The translations under genes were made by a program, and so were the position numbers. A DNA stretch of 64,000 bases from Moniliella sp. 'wahieum' (taxonomy: Eukaryota). Below the pieces are notes generated by a model that worked only from the letters and a program-made list of their open reading frames with translations, did no database searches and was not told the origin of the DNA. This document shows positions 36,597-48,418 of the stretch, in pieces. Numbering within the stretch: position 1 is the first letter of the stretch; each line of letters starts with the position of its first letter. The stretch lies in the NCBI GenBank assembly GCA_003971905.1, contig RSEE01000016.1, forward strand, positions 496,001 to 560,000, read 5' to 3'.

Positions 36597-38493
36597 TGCG
36601 AGAACCAAATGGACATATGCATCGCGCGATGAGGATGAGTATAGGTTTGGTGTCAGTAGTCAGTCGTCAGTAGCCAGGCCATAGGGTGGTGCGCATCCCG
36701 GACCCATCAGCCGGAACCTCTCGAGACGTGAGATGGGGCGGTGGGCGGCGCTTTGACATGATGCGCATGCGCACATAAGCTTCTTTTGCCGGCGAACGAG
36801 CCAGGTGACGGGTGACTGTCATGCGTCCCATGCGCACGGGCATGGCCGAAGCGAAGGGGCGGTTATGGAGTAAGAGGCCAGACGGTGAGGCGTCGGTTGC
36901 AGCCCCAAATGGATGTCGCCACAAGCGTCGGGTCTCTGCCACGGCCTCCTCAGCCCCACTCCGCTTATCCAGCCGATCTACCCATTTTCCAATCCCGCCA
37001 TGACCCATGTTTCAATTTTTCACACCGCCCGTGGGGGCCGCCGAGGGTCCCAACACTTTCGGCCATCATGCATCATGCTGCGTAGTCACCAGACTGACTG
37101 CACAGACTAGTGATGCCCTGTCATCATGTCGTATGTCATAGTATGAGCAACAGGAAGAAATTTCGGGCGGCAATAAGGCGATCCATGTAGCCACCGCGAA
37201 AGGCCGACAGGGAGAGGAGAGAAGAGAAGCCTGCGTGGCTTTTTTGCGTACACCGAAATCAGCGGCCCAATAAGGCGGGACAATAGAATGGGAGTTTTGA
37301 CCGCAGCATACCCTCTTTGGGGGAATGGTTCACTCTTTCTTGAATCCGAAAAAAGCCGAGAGGACCTGCGGTGGATCCACCCGCACCGGCCATCTTGGCC
37401 CTTCTCCGCACCTCGGTCTTCCGACGCCGCCGCTGTCAGCCGCAGCACACAGCCAACTAGTCAACGCACATACGCCTCACCTGTCACAACAATGGCACCC
37501 CCTGTCTTCCACGCCCATCCGACCCAATAGGGTTTGCAGATTGAAACTTGAAGGAACGTGGGCCACGCTCCACTGACGCTCCACGCTCAAACCACGCCAA
37601 ACCACGCAGCACTCTCCCTCTCTCAATCCCCATCAATCCGCACGCCACACGCCCATCCGACACGACCACATGTCCACACACCCGCAGTCTCCTATATCGA
37701 CACCATCCATCAGCACAGTCTTGAGAAACTTTCTCTGGAACAATATTGGCTTTTTTCTCTTCTTCTGTATCCGTTCTTGACGCCCACCACGTACCACAAT
37801 AACCAACACGTCATATACACAGCGCGACGATTCTTCCTCCATCTCTCGGATCCCGCGGCATCTTAGCTCCATGACATGAGACGCGCAGCCACCTTCAGGT
37901 GTAGGTGTGTTGCTGCGGTGCCCCCTGGTCAGTTTTGCCCTAGAGGAGATGTCGTCCCTTGCATACTCGCGCCCAAAGGGCCGAGAATGTCGGTGGACGA
38001 CAGCAATGCACTTTCATGGATTTCGCACGTCTTCGGCGCCTGTCACTCCTCTGGGTTGCTATTGGTTCCACTCGCTATACCACCGACTGGGGCGGGGAGA
38101 CGACTGAGCGGGAGAGCGTGTCGTGCGACATCATGCATTGATACCTCACAGCTCAAATCGTTCCTTGCCTCTCTGCCAAGGGCCCGTGCTGGCCAGAGGC
38201 CAGCTGGGAAGATCCGTTCTATAGGAGGTTTCTCTACAACGAGAAAAGAGAGCAAAGGCCAAGATGGTATATGCGGGGCTACCGTATAATACTCCAAGAT
38301 TCTGCGAGGTCTCTATCTTTTTCCACCACCACTCCACATTTCTCCCGCGTCTCTCGTCTCTACGCACAACCAACAAACACCTCCCATTTCACTCCTAAAC
38401 ACAGCCCAGTACGTCTCATTCTTCCTTATCTCTTCCATCTACCCTGCTTTTTCTCGAGACTGATCAATCCTTACTTGCTCTGCACACAGCATC

Positions 38494-38864
38494 ATGCTCG
38501 CTCGTACTGGTTTGTTCGCTACCGTCCTTGCTCTTGCCTTCTAGGGCATGGCTACAGCCAGCGCAATCAACGGTATACCGTGGGGGATCGGCGCCGCGCC
38601 AAGATGCGTCGGTGCAGTGCAATGCGTGCGCAGGCGCCCCTGGCACCTCCTCTCTTACTGATTGGTTCGGGCGGATCAACCTGCATGCTGGCCTACTACA
38701 GTGACGGTGCTTGCCAGAACGAGATTAGCGCCGCTCCGGGCCCTATCACCGTCACTGGCAACATCAACTCCAGGCCATTAGCACTGACCCGAACCAGGCG
38801 TGCCAATGCTAGGAAGGCTTCATACTATAGGCACAGCACAACCCCACGGTATCATTGCCTCTAA
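38494..38864 (+). CDS. Possible small secreted Cys-containing protein
   Basis: MLARTGLFATVLALA signal-peptide-like start, later GSTCMLAYYSDGACQN. Needs frameshifts to join. Confidence 0.4.
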
Positions 38865-39534
38865 TAATGTCCTGTTGGGGGGCTTCTGAAGCAAAACGCC
38901 TTGGTTTCCTCCCATGGACCATTGATTTCTCTCCTTTCCTCCTCCATATCTCTGCGCCTTTCACGCCAACAAGAGTTCGGTGCGGCTTTTATCGTCTGGA
39001 AACAGCTGGTACAATCTGGCTGTTTCTCCTTTTCGCTCCAAATGATTTTTTCTACAATAGCATGTATTAATATATAGTATAGTATCATCTAGAATCTGCC
39101 TTTCTTTTCCCATTTCATGTCGACGAGAGGTGCATTCTCTCTTTCACACCAACAAAACATATAGTGTGCGTTGGTCGTGCCCTCTTGCGTCGTCGCGCCG
39201 GTATAATAGAGAGCTTTTTTGTCTAAAACGATGGAGAGGAAAAGACTGTCGGAGAGGGGATGGAAAAGACCACTCTGTTGTAACACAGAGATGGCAGTTC
39301 CCTATTAGACAGACTCTTGCGACGCTTCTTGCACTAATACCATACCTATGTCGTTCCGTTCACAGAGTCAGGGGTCCACATGCCATCTTGACAAAACCCA
39401 GGCCAGGCCTCCATCTCATCATCACATGTCGTCAAGTACGAAATGCGCTCTGAGGCTGTACCAGCTTTGGGCCATCTCATCCCCTGGATGACACTCGAGC
39501 CATGCTTCCTCCTACTGCCTCCGGAGCAGGACTA

Positions 39535-40620
39535 CTACCGAGACGCCACGGTGAATACGATATGGAACGTTACTAAATTATGATATGTTGTGCGTGCTGG
39601 GCGGCGGTCTCGAGTCGTCGACGACGATGGTTGGCGCGGTTCGGGCCACGGTAGGGGGCGAGGCAGGAGCGCCGTCAAATGGGAGGGAGCAGCCTGTGCA
39701 GGTGTCAGGGGCACAGGGAGGTTGTGGGGATCGATGGGCAGCTCAGCGGAGTATGCCTTTGCCACCGTTTCGTTCCAAGACAGGTCACGGCATTCGACCG
39801 CAAACGCGTCGTTTCGCATCGCCCGAATGAGGATTTGGCGCCACACTCGTCAGAGTGGAGAGAAACGGCTTTGAACTGGGCGCGTAGATCCGCAATACCA
39901 GCGGTGACGGGGCCGGAAGTCTCTGCACGCGGTAGATGTTTGGGCTTCGAATAGGGTTTGAAGCCATCGGCGGGGCCCATAGTGGCAAATGCGGCGGTCA
40001 GCATCTCGTACGCGGCTGAGGCGAGGAAGGGGGTGCTTTGCAGGACAGCGTGCAGGACTGTTGGAGGGGATGCCAGCATCCACAATGGCCCAAAGAGCGT
40101 GGTCGAGGCGAGCGTCGTACTCCGCGGCAGCAAGGCCATTGAGAATGATGTCACGCGCGTTGGGCGTGATGGCAGCGACGGCATGTTCAGTCAATTTGAG
40201 CCAGCCGCGGACAGCCACGGGTCGGCCGTGCTTGACAATTGCCGAGTTTAGCGGGGAGGCAGGCAGCTCTGTCTATGGCAGATCGAACGTCCGAGGTGAG
40301 AGGCCATCGAACGTTCGAAGTGAGAGACGAAGCAGCAGGTGCAGGCTCGGGCGTGGGTTCGAGCGCAGGTTCGGGTGTGGGAGGGGCGCGTGCCGGCTTC
40401 GGCCACCAGCAGCTGGGGAAGTAGGGCCTGGATAGTGGCGTCGACAATGGATTGCATGTCGGGACCAGGGGGGGGGGGGGGGAAGTGACCACGGGGGGGG
40501 GGCGATCCTTGAGGCACCGTGGTCGGAGGGCGGTGGGGACAACGAAGAGTCGTTGCCGTCGGCGATATCGTCCATCTCGGGGCCGGCGGCGTTGGGTTCA
40601 ACGGCGCGGCGGTTGGACAT
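39535..40620 (-). CDS. Hypothetical protein, possibly Gag-like
   Basis: Consecutive minus-strand ORF pieces from ATG 40620: Pro-rich N-terminus, helical core SAAYEMLTAAFATMG...IADLRAQF...ILIRAM reminiscent of Copia Gag. No LTRs or pol seen. Confidence 0.45.
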
Positions 40621-40847
40621 GGGGTGGGAGTGGGAGGTAGGGTGATGTCCAACAAGATAGGGGGTGGTTGGGCTAAAAGTCAGGAAGGCTGAGTGGGATC
40701 AAATTTCAAACCAGTAACATGTCAACCTGGTGACTGGTGACCGGCAGGGTGACCGATGACTAGCAAAGTGTGATTATCTCGGACCGACAGACGAGGTGGT
40801 CCCTTCGTGATACCATAAAATTTTGCATCGCTTGTTGCGGGGTATAA

Positions 40848-40925
40848 GCTCCGATCTTCCAGTGGTTAGGAAGTGGGATTTTGAATTAACTTCCCGAAAC
40901 CTGGGTTCGAATCCCAGTTGGAGCT
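40848..40925 (+). tRNA. tRNA-Gln(TTG), very short (~6-nt) intron
   Basis: GCTCCGA TC TTCC AGTGGTTA GGAA G TGGGA TT TTG A [ATTAAC] T TCCCG AAAC CTGGG TTCGAAT CCCAG TTGGAGC T, followed by a T-run. Confidence 0.85.
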
Positions 40926-41389
40926 TTTTGCTGGCAATTTTTTAGTTGCAAGGATGCTGGTTGCGACGACACCAGAGGCTACTTGGAGCAATCCTTTCGC
41001 CTTGCTTTTTGCTACAACGCTGGTCCCAGCAGTGCCTTCAGCTGAAGGGTCAGGCTGTTCGTTCAAGCTCGCTGTTGGAAGTGGGCAACGTGCAGCTTTT
41101 GGCAACTGCCGCGCATCCCACCAGGCCGGCTATTCCAGCCTATTATCCCAGAGAGACAGCGCATGCGCGCCATGTCGGCAACATTCCGAGTATATGCATA
41201 CTGCGTGCTGGCACACGAACCGTTCCCGAGCACATTTCTGCTCAACGAACGCTTGCTGCCGGGAGCTATGGTTCCAATATCTGAACTTGTCCCGCCCACA
41301 GGATGCGCCTGCACCAGTACCAAAGAGAGCAGAATAGAATCAGATGAATGCAGATCTGGACGGCATAGCAAGCGCCTGAAGCTCCCACC

Positions 41390-43742
41390 TCAGGCGGGCG
41401 AGGCGTCACCTCGACAGTGGAGGAGGATATCAAAGGCAAACAAAAAGGACTCAGAAAGACGAATTCCATCATGGACGGGCCACACATCAGAGCCACAGGC
41501 TACAGAACGTAGACACCAGGACACCAATGAGAGCCCCCAAAGAGGTGAGGGGCCAAGTTGGGAAGAGACGAAGAGGATTCCCGAGGCATTACTCGCGCGC
41601 CAGGGCCGCCGTGCCCCCCGGAAGCGAGCCGTATTGCTGCTGAATTGGTACAGTTTCCGGTTCAAATCGTCCAGCAGCTGCGACGCATCTTTCCCCTGCG
41701 CTGTCACCTCAACTCCAACCGATGCGACCGAGGCAGAAGAGGTCAAGCCTTGTCTGGACAAGCCCATCCGGCGCAGACGCGTTCTCGAGAGGCCGCCTCA
41801 ATTTGCGCGCCATCACATACTCTCCAATCGCTCGAATGCGCTTGCGCATCTCCCATCGTGTCCTTCGGGCGGGGAAACGGATCTTGCTGCCTGGCTCGGT
41901 GCGCTTGTCGACCTGGTACCGCTTTCCCCCTTCTTCACCACCCCTTCCACCTCGACAGCCTCCTCCACCTGCACATCCGATGGTGAAGAGGGCAAGACGT
42001 GGGCCATGTGCATCAGGTGCTCCGGCAACGTTGGGCAGCGGCCGCCGCCGCAGGCGGCAATTGGACCTTGGCCGGAACCACATCCCGCGCCGCAGCAGAT
42101 CCGCGGCTAGTTCCGCGAGGTGCTTGGTCGGCGAGGGGGAGCTTTCTTGGACCGGAGTAGAAGCCAGACTTTCTTGGGCCTTGGTCTCCTTCTCCTTACG
42201 CCAACCTTGCGTCCATTGGGCTTCTTATCACTCTCGTCCTCTTCGGCTCGCTGTAGGTAAGGTTGGGTCAGTACTTCTGAAAGAACATGAAAGAGAAGCG
42301 AAAAAAAAAGCACAAGAACACAAGGACATACTCTTTTCTGGGGGCGTGGAACGTTTACGCTTTCGTTGACCACTTCTCTCGCTTGGGTCCTCCTCGGGGA
42401 CAGCAGGTTCCTCCAGTAGATGGGCCGGAATAGGTTCCCAGCCATAGTTGCTGTCGCGCGAGTTCATCGTTGCTCTCCGCTGGGTGGGGGAGGGGATGGG
42501 AAGTGAGGCTAGTGGGGGCGAGACGTTGCGACGGGTAGAGGGCCATTGTTGGGAAGGGGCAGGCGTGCCGTGGAAGGCAGGACAGGATGGGCTCTCCGTT
42601 GCCGAATGGCCAAACTGGACAGCAATTGGCCGCCTCCAGCTCAGCTCGAGTCGCCGTACCATTTCGTCGAGACGCATGCGGGCTCTTCTTGGAACGTTGG
42701 AGGTAGCCTAGGTCGCGCAAAAGGCGAATATGCAGGGTCAGGGCGGCACTGCTCGCAGTAATACACATCCGGGACTCGTCCCCCTTCCATGCCCATGCAG
42801 ACACAATGCTGCCAGCAATGGCACGTGTCGCATTGGATCTCAGTCCAATCGACTCTTCCTCGGAACCACAAATGCAACGCGTTCGCCTCGTCACCTTCGC
42901 CCTCTTCGCCCTCGCCCTCGTCCCCCTCGCCCTCGTCACAAGCCTGAGATATCCAAGCTGGTGTTCATGCCAGATGCGGCATCTGTGTGGCATCTTGCTT
43001 AGGAGGCGATTGAGCGTCAGGGGTGCCCTCTACCCCGTCCTTGTCAAAATGCTGCTCTTCCACCTTGTCCTTAGCGGAAGAGGTACGCTTGAATGGCTTG
43101 GACTCGGCACTGGATGCGCGGGCGGACGAACTGGAAGAGCTCGTATGGGTGGGTGGAGATAGCTGGGTGCGGGCCCGCCGGCGGGGACCCTCAATCACTT
43201 CGCCATCGCCAATGGTGGAGAGGCCGAGTTGAGAAAGCTCTTTGAGTGTCGAGGGCATCCGCCGTTCTTTCTTTTCTTGCCTTCGCTGCCCTCGTCGGAA
43301 TCATGTTCGGATAGCGGCTCGGTCTTGGTGGTGTGGGGGGCAGTAGCGGCATCGCCACTGTGTTCCGACTGGTCCTCGGAGAGGGGTTCGGGCTTGGCAG
43401 GCTTCGCATCGTGTTCATCTTCTTGGCCCTGCGCGTGCTCTAGGTCGGCGTCAGCGTCAGACTGGCCAGGAGAATGGGTGTGGACGGCAGTGGAGGAGTG
43501 ATGAGGGGGAGGGGGGGGGCGCGGGCAGCGGCCGGGCAACGCCATCGGCCGTATCGGCATCGGCATCGGCATCGGCATCGGCATTTGCATCGGCGGGGGC
43601 GGACGCTGCGACGGGGCTGGCCGGCGGGGCAGCAGAAGCAGCGCGCGAGGCAGGCGCATGCTCCGACGGCGGCTGGGAGACAGGCGTAGGCTCGCGGGAG
43701 CCAGCAAGCTCGCCCCTCGAGTTCGTGGTCAGACGGCGGCAT
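41390..43742 (-). CDS. CTI6: Cti6-like PHD-finger protein (Rpd3L HDAC complex subunit)
   Basis: TRCICG...IQCDTCHCWQHCVCMG...YYCEQCRPD (PHD), RRATMNSRDS, KIRFPARRT...EMRKRIRAIGEYV, LLDDLNRKLYQF. Frameshifted; 3' end approximate. Confidence 0.8.
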
Positions 43743-44467
43743 GGCAGGGGGGGGGGGTGGTGGTGGCAGCGGGCGGTCGTTCGACCTTACGTGGGCGAGC
43801 AGGGCGATTGCATGACAAGACCGACCGTTTCTGCCATGGCTTGCTGGCTGCTGCGAGTCTCTGCCGGCGTCCAGCCCGGGGGAGAAACGCCTGCGCAGTT
43901 CCGCTGGGCGGAATGGGATGGGCCAACCCCAGCAAGCCGAGGATCCCCCAGGCTGATCTGAGCAGCGCTCAGCTGGCGGAGGCCCCCCGCTTGCACCGAC
44001 TCGCGGCCCGGCCGCCCGAGCCGGCACAGGGGGAGTGGCCGCCTGCCGGTGGAGTCTGGGAGTGCGCTACGTGTGACATGTGGCATGTGTCATCTGACAT
44101 GATGCATGATGCATGATGCATGATGCATGATCAACCAACATTCCGCACGAGTGCGCTGCTGGCGCTCGCTAATCGCGCGCCAATCATTCTCGACGCGGAC
44201 CTTCTTGAAATGAACATTCGATAGCCAACCTCCCGCGACGGCCCTTGCATGCGGCCTCCGGCCTTCTACGGCCGCTTGCTCGGCTTGGCCGCCGAGTGGC
44301 TTCAACTTCAAGCTTCAAGCTCCAAGCTTCACTAGTCAGTCCACCGAGTAGCTCGTCTCTCCTCGCCCGCCCAACGCCGCCTCGCACGACAGCCCCCAAC
44401 AGCTCACCCAGCGTCGCAAAAAGACGCCACCCCCGCTCCCACGCTTCTCCGCCCCCTCGCCCCCACC

Positions 44468-47464
44468 ATGCCCCCCAAGCGCACCAAGCCTGCCAAGAGC
44501 AAGAACCGCAGCGGCGCGGGCGCTGTTGGTGCTGCTTCTGCTGCTGCCGCAGCTCCTGCCGCGGCTCCTGCCCCTGCGCCTGCGCCGCTTCGGCCGCCAA
44601 TGTCGCCGCAACTGGCACGGTTGCGCGGGGCCGCAAGCGCGAGGTGCCGTATGACGGCAACCCAGCCACCTCCCCCTCTACAAGCTCACGTCCAGGTCCT
44701 TGCTGCTGCTGCCTGCGCTGCTGGCATGGTATGTCGCCCTCGCGGGCATCACCCTCTTTCTTCACTACAAGCTGCCCAGTCCCATCTCGATGGAGGCTAG
44801 TTCGGCCGTTGCCGCAGCCGGCAAGCCTCCGCCCTTTCCGAGGAGAATGCGCGCACGGTCATGAGCTACCTGAGCGAGGACATTGGTTACCGTATCGTCG
44901 GCACTCGCGAGCACGTCGAGGCCGAGGACTGGTTGTGGGACCGGGTCAGTGCCAAGGTGGGATGGTACCCCAACCCATCCGCTCCGGGCAAGACCTCGAG
45001 CGAAGATGAGCGTTTTGCAGGCGTCCAAGTTGAGGCCTGGCGCCAGATTGACGATGGTTCACACCGCTTCGACTTTATGTCGGCGATCGTACAAAAGAAG
45101 TACTACGGCATCTCCAACGTTATTGTCCGTCTCTCGGACGGCACCGACGAAGGCAAGGTGTGTTTTGCGTTTCCTTGTGTCTCTGTTGACGGTAACTGAC
45201 AATGAACATCTTGACGGGAATGAACAGGAAAATGCAGTATTGGTCAACGCTCATCTCGACTCCACCCTCCCTTCGCCAGGGGCAGCGGACGATGCGGCGG
45301 CAGTGGGGAGTACTAGATGATATTTTGCGTTTTGACGACCCCCCCTTCCTGAACTGCACCACTCGGTCATTCTTCTCTTCAACAACGGCGAGGAGAGTCT
45401 ACAAGACGCTTCCCCACCTCTACTCTACCAAGCACGAAACTGTCAAATCAGTGCGCGGAGTGATCAACCTCGAGGCCTGTGGGCGTAACGGGACCCGAAT
45501 TGCTCTTTCAGGCCACTTCGGATGTATTCCTAGAGGCGTATTCCCAAGTGCCGCATCCATTCGGTACTGTTGGCTAACGACGTCTTTGCCACCGGACTCA
45601 TCCTCTCTGACACGGATTTCCGTCAGTTGTCCAGTACGCCAACCTAACTGGCCTGGATATGGCCGTCGTTGGTGACTTTCTCTATCATACTCGGTGACAC
45701 GCCTGAGCACATTCCACCCGGAGTGGTGCAGCACATGGGCGACAATGTCCTGTCGCTTATCCGATATTGGCTGCTAACAATGCGACCTCGGCCAAGCTCC
45801 CCAGCGTGGACGAACCGACGCCATTCCACGAGATGCCGTATTTCTTCACTTGGGCCGCTCGTTACTTTGTACTCCTTTCGCCTAACTTTTTCCGTTCCAT
45901 CTCGATGGGCACCTCGGCCTGGCTCAACTTTGCCCTCCAGTCGATCTCGCAGGGCGACAAGCCATTCCAGGTGTACATTGCATCGCTGGCCGCAGTGCTC
46001 GGTACCCTCGGCTCGATAGTAGGGGGCATTGTGGGCGCAAACGTGGTGGCGGCACTGATGACCTATGTCTTGCACCGTCCTCTCTCTTGGTTTAGCCATC
46101 CGTGGGCCCCACTGCTTCTCTACTTGCCCCCGGCAGTGTTGGGCATCGTGCTCGTTCAGTCCATCATTCCGCGCCTGGTCCTGCCTGAGAACCGACCGTA
46201 TATGGAGCGCGCTTCCTTCACGGGCATCACGGCCACCTTCGTATTTACTCTTCTCATTTCCAATGTCTTCTCTCTCGGATCGGCCTACTTGGCACTACTT
46301 GCTGTTGTAATGGGCTGGTCAGTATGGCGTACAACGATATGTACCAGATTGGCATGTCCAACATTGACATGCACCGCATTCCGGTCGACCAGCGCGTTCA
46401 CTGGTCGACGTACCTTGTCATGTCCAATTCCTGCCACGATCGGTTTGAGGGCCTGACGACCTTTCTCGATCTCTTCACTCCACTCACTGGCCGCACTGGG
46501 GAGGATGCGCACAGACCATATCATCGCCACGATTGTGGGGGCATGACGTGCTCTCGGCACCGGCCCTCATTCCGCTGTCGCACCGTTTTGGAGCAAGTCG
46601 CGCAAGACAGCGACCCAGATCTTGGTTGGCGCTACAGTAGTCATGATGGCCGTCTTTGCCACGTTCCAGCCGTTTGACCAGCTCCATCCCCAACGGCTTT
46701 GTCCTCCAAACCCAGAACCTCACCTCGGGCGAGTGGCTGATGAACATGGGCGGTGCCGATCCCGACTCGGCCTCGCTGGCCAAGGTCATCCGGGATGCGG
46801 CCGAACATACGGGCTACATTGGCGCCCTCCCGAAAGGGTGGAGATGCACCCGTGGAACCCAGACTTTGACCCGCTCTACCCCGTTAGCCAGTTCATCGCG
46901 CCGTACAAGTATCGCTTGCCCGCACCCGAGGCAGGGGTTACCACCACCCGAATTCCGCATCACCGTTACCCATGAGCACTTTGACTGGACGAGGGCCTGC
47001 GCAACGTGACCCTGCACATTGAACACCCGGGCTTGATCTGGTCTGTGGTGGCGTTTGATGCCGACCTGGTTGCGTGGGATGTGGGGCCAACGCCGCCGCC
47101 GCCGGGGCTGCAGCGCCACCACATCAAGGAGGTGAGCCGGTTTGGAATCGACTCGTGGGACATCAACCTCCTCGTTCGCCTTACCGACGAGGCCAGACAG
47201 GCAGCAAAGCAGCGTGGTGCACAGCCGCAGTTTACCCACCTCGTCCGCCTAGGCCAGACGCCGCTCGACGACCCGAGCCGGCTGCGGATCGACTTTACTG
47301 CGCTCGACGAAAGCGGGATGTACCCTCAAAAGGCATCTCAGCACCCGCAGGGCTCCCACGCCCATGTCGACACGTTTGCCTCCCTGGATGCATTCCTCCT
47401 TGAGACGCACCCTGAGGTGGACGCAATGCTGCTACCCACGGTGGCTGGCGTGGCCCTGGCCTGA
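44468..47464 (+). CDS. M28 family membrane metallopeptidase (ERMP1/Pff1-like)
   Basis: YLSEDIGYRIVGTREH, HRFDFM...KKYYGISNVIVRLSDG, intron 45158-45227, AVLVNAHLDSTLPSPGAADD, LFNNGEESLQD, VINLEACG, then multiple TM segments. Confidence 0.9.
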
Positions 47465-47704
47465 ACCTACGCCCCGCTACAGTCTCGACCGGCTTAGTTG
47501 CACCAGAAATACACCCTTCACCATTGCCATCTACATGGAACTTACAATTCGCATCCGATGTGTACAGGTGCAGTGCTTTTGCTGCTTCCCCTTAAGTGTA
47601 GTGTAGGGTAAAGAGAGAAGCCAGCGTAGTAGAGAAGGTAGGGTATCTTGACTCTTGCGATTATAACTTAACTCCATTTCTACGGCCCCAATCTTGCAAC
47701 AAGA

Positions 47705-47789
47705 GCCTCGCTATTTCAATCGGTAGAATTTGAGACTCTTATAACAGAGGTCCATCTCACGGTTGTGGGTTCGAGTCCCACGTGGGGCG
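47705..47789 (+). tRNA. tRNA-Lys(CTT), 12-nt intron
   Basis: Same exons as 27022-27108, intron TAACAGAGGTCC, T7 terminator follows. Confidence 0.9.
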
Positions 47790-47876
47790 TCTTTTTTTGG
47801 CTGACTAGATTGATACATGCAACTGAAAAAACATTAAGAAAGACTGAAATACTAAGTTGGCACTCAGCTGGTCATT

Positions 47877-47975
47877 GGGCTCATGGTGTAGTGGTATCAT
47901 GCCTCTTTCGGGACTCTCCCGAGCTGGACTCAGTTCGAATAGAGGTGGTCGTGGGTTCAATTCCCGCTGAGCCCC
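47877..47975 (+). tRNA. tRNA-Pro(CGG), 27-nt intron
   Basis: GGGCTCA...CCTCT TT CGG G [intron with CGAGCTG/CAGTTCG hairpin] T AGAGG TGGTC GTGGG TTCAATT CCCGC TGAGCCC C, then a T-run. Confidence 0.9.
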
Positions 47976-48418
47976 TTTTTGCTTATTGTGGTTCTGCCCA
48001 CAAAACTCCTTTATAGGTAACGCGTGTCAGTACCTTATGGCCCATGCAATACTAGGTCGAGGAACGGGCATGAGGGCCCTCACAGTTACTCACAAGGCAG
48101 ACCCTCCGTACCTCTAACTCCAAAAGATTTATGTGATCCTTTGCTATGCGTGTGCGGGGAAAGATGCGGTAATGGCGGACACAGGGGATTGTTTGTATGT
48201 CATGGTAGAAGAGAGAGACGACCATAGAATGAAAAAACTTGTGTGGTTGAGACGGGCTCTGCTATGATGTTCAACGGAAAAAGTATAGTGCTCCTTGAAA
48301 AGCGGTCCAAAAGCCTTGATCATTTGAGCCGCTTGTGCTTATCATGACTTTTGAGGCTGAGTGATGAGCGCGTCAAGATGCAAGGAAGCAGAGTAAACCG
48401 AGATGAAGAAGAACGCTT

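Larger units (their letters stand above)
27455..37033. mobile_element. Full-length CMC (CACTA/EnSpm-like) DNA transposon, ~9.6 kb
   Basis: Left TIR CACGGGCGGGTGTGAAAAA (27455) and right TIR TTTTTCACACCGCCCGTG (ends 37033), differing by one homopolymer G. GG flanks both sides (putative 2-bp TSD). Encloses a DDE transposase and a divergent companion gene. Confidence 0.85.

Noticed and set aside
27455..37033. TET/JBP dioxygenase cargo as described for fungal KDZ/Plavaka transposons
   Set aside because: I found no 2OG-Fe(II) dioxygenase-like ORF or CxC-type KDZ domains inside the TIRs. A profile search would be needed to exclude a remote one.
43552..43585. (ATCGGC)n hexamer repeat
   Set aside because: Ordinary coding microsatellite in the low-complexity N-terminus of the CTI6-like gene.
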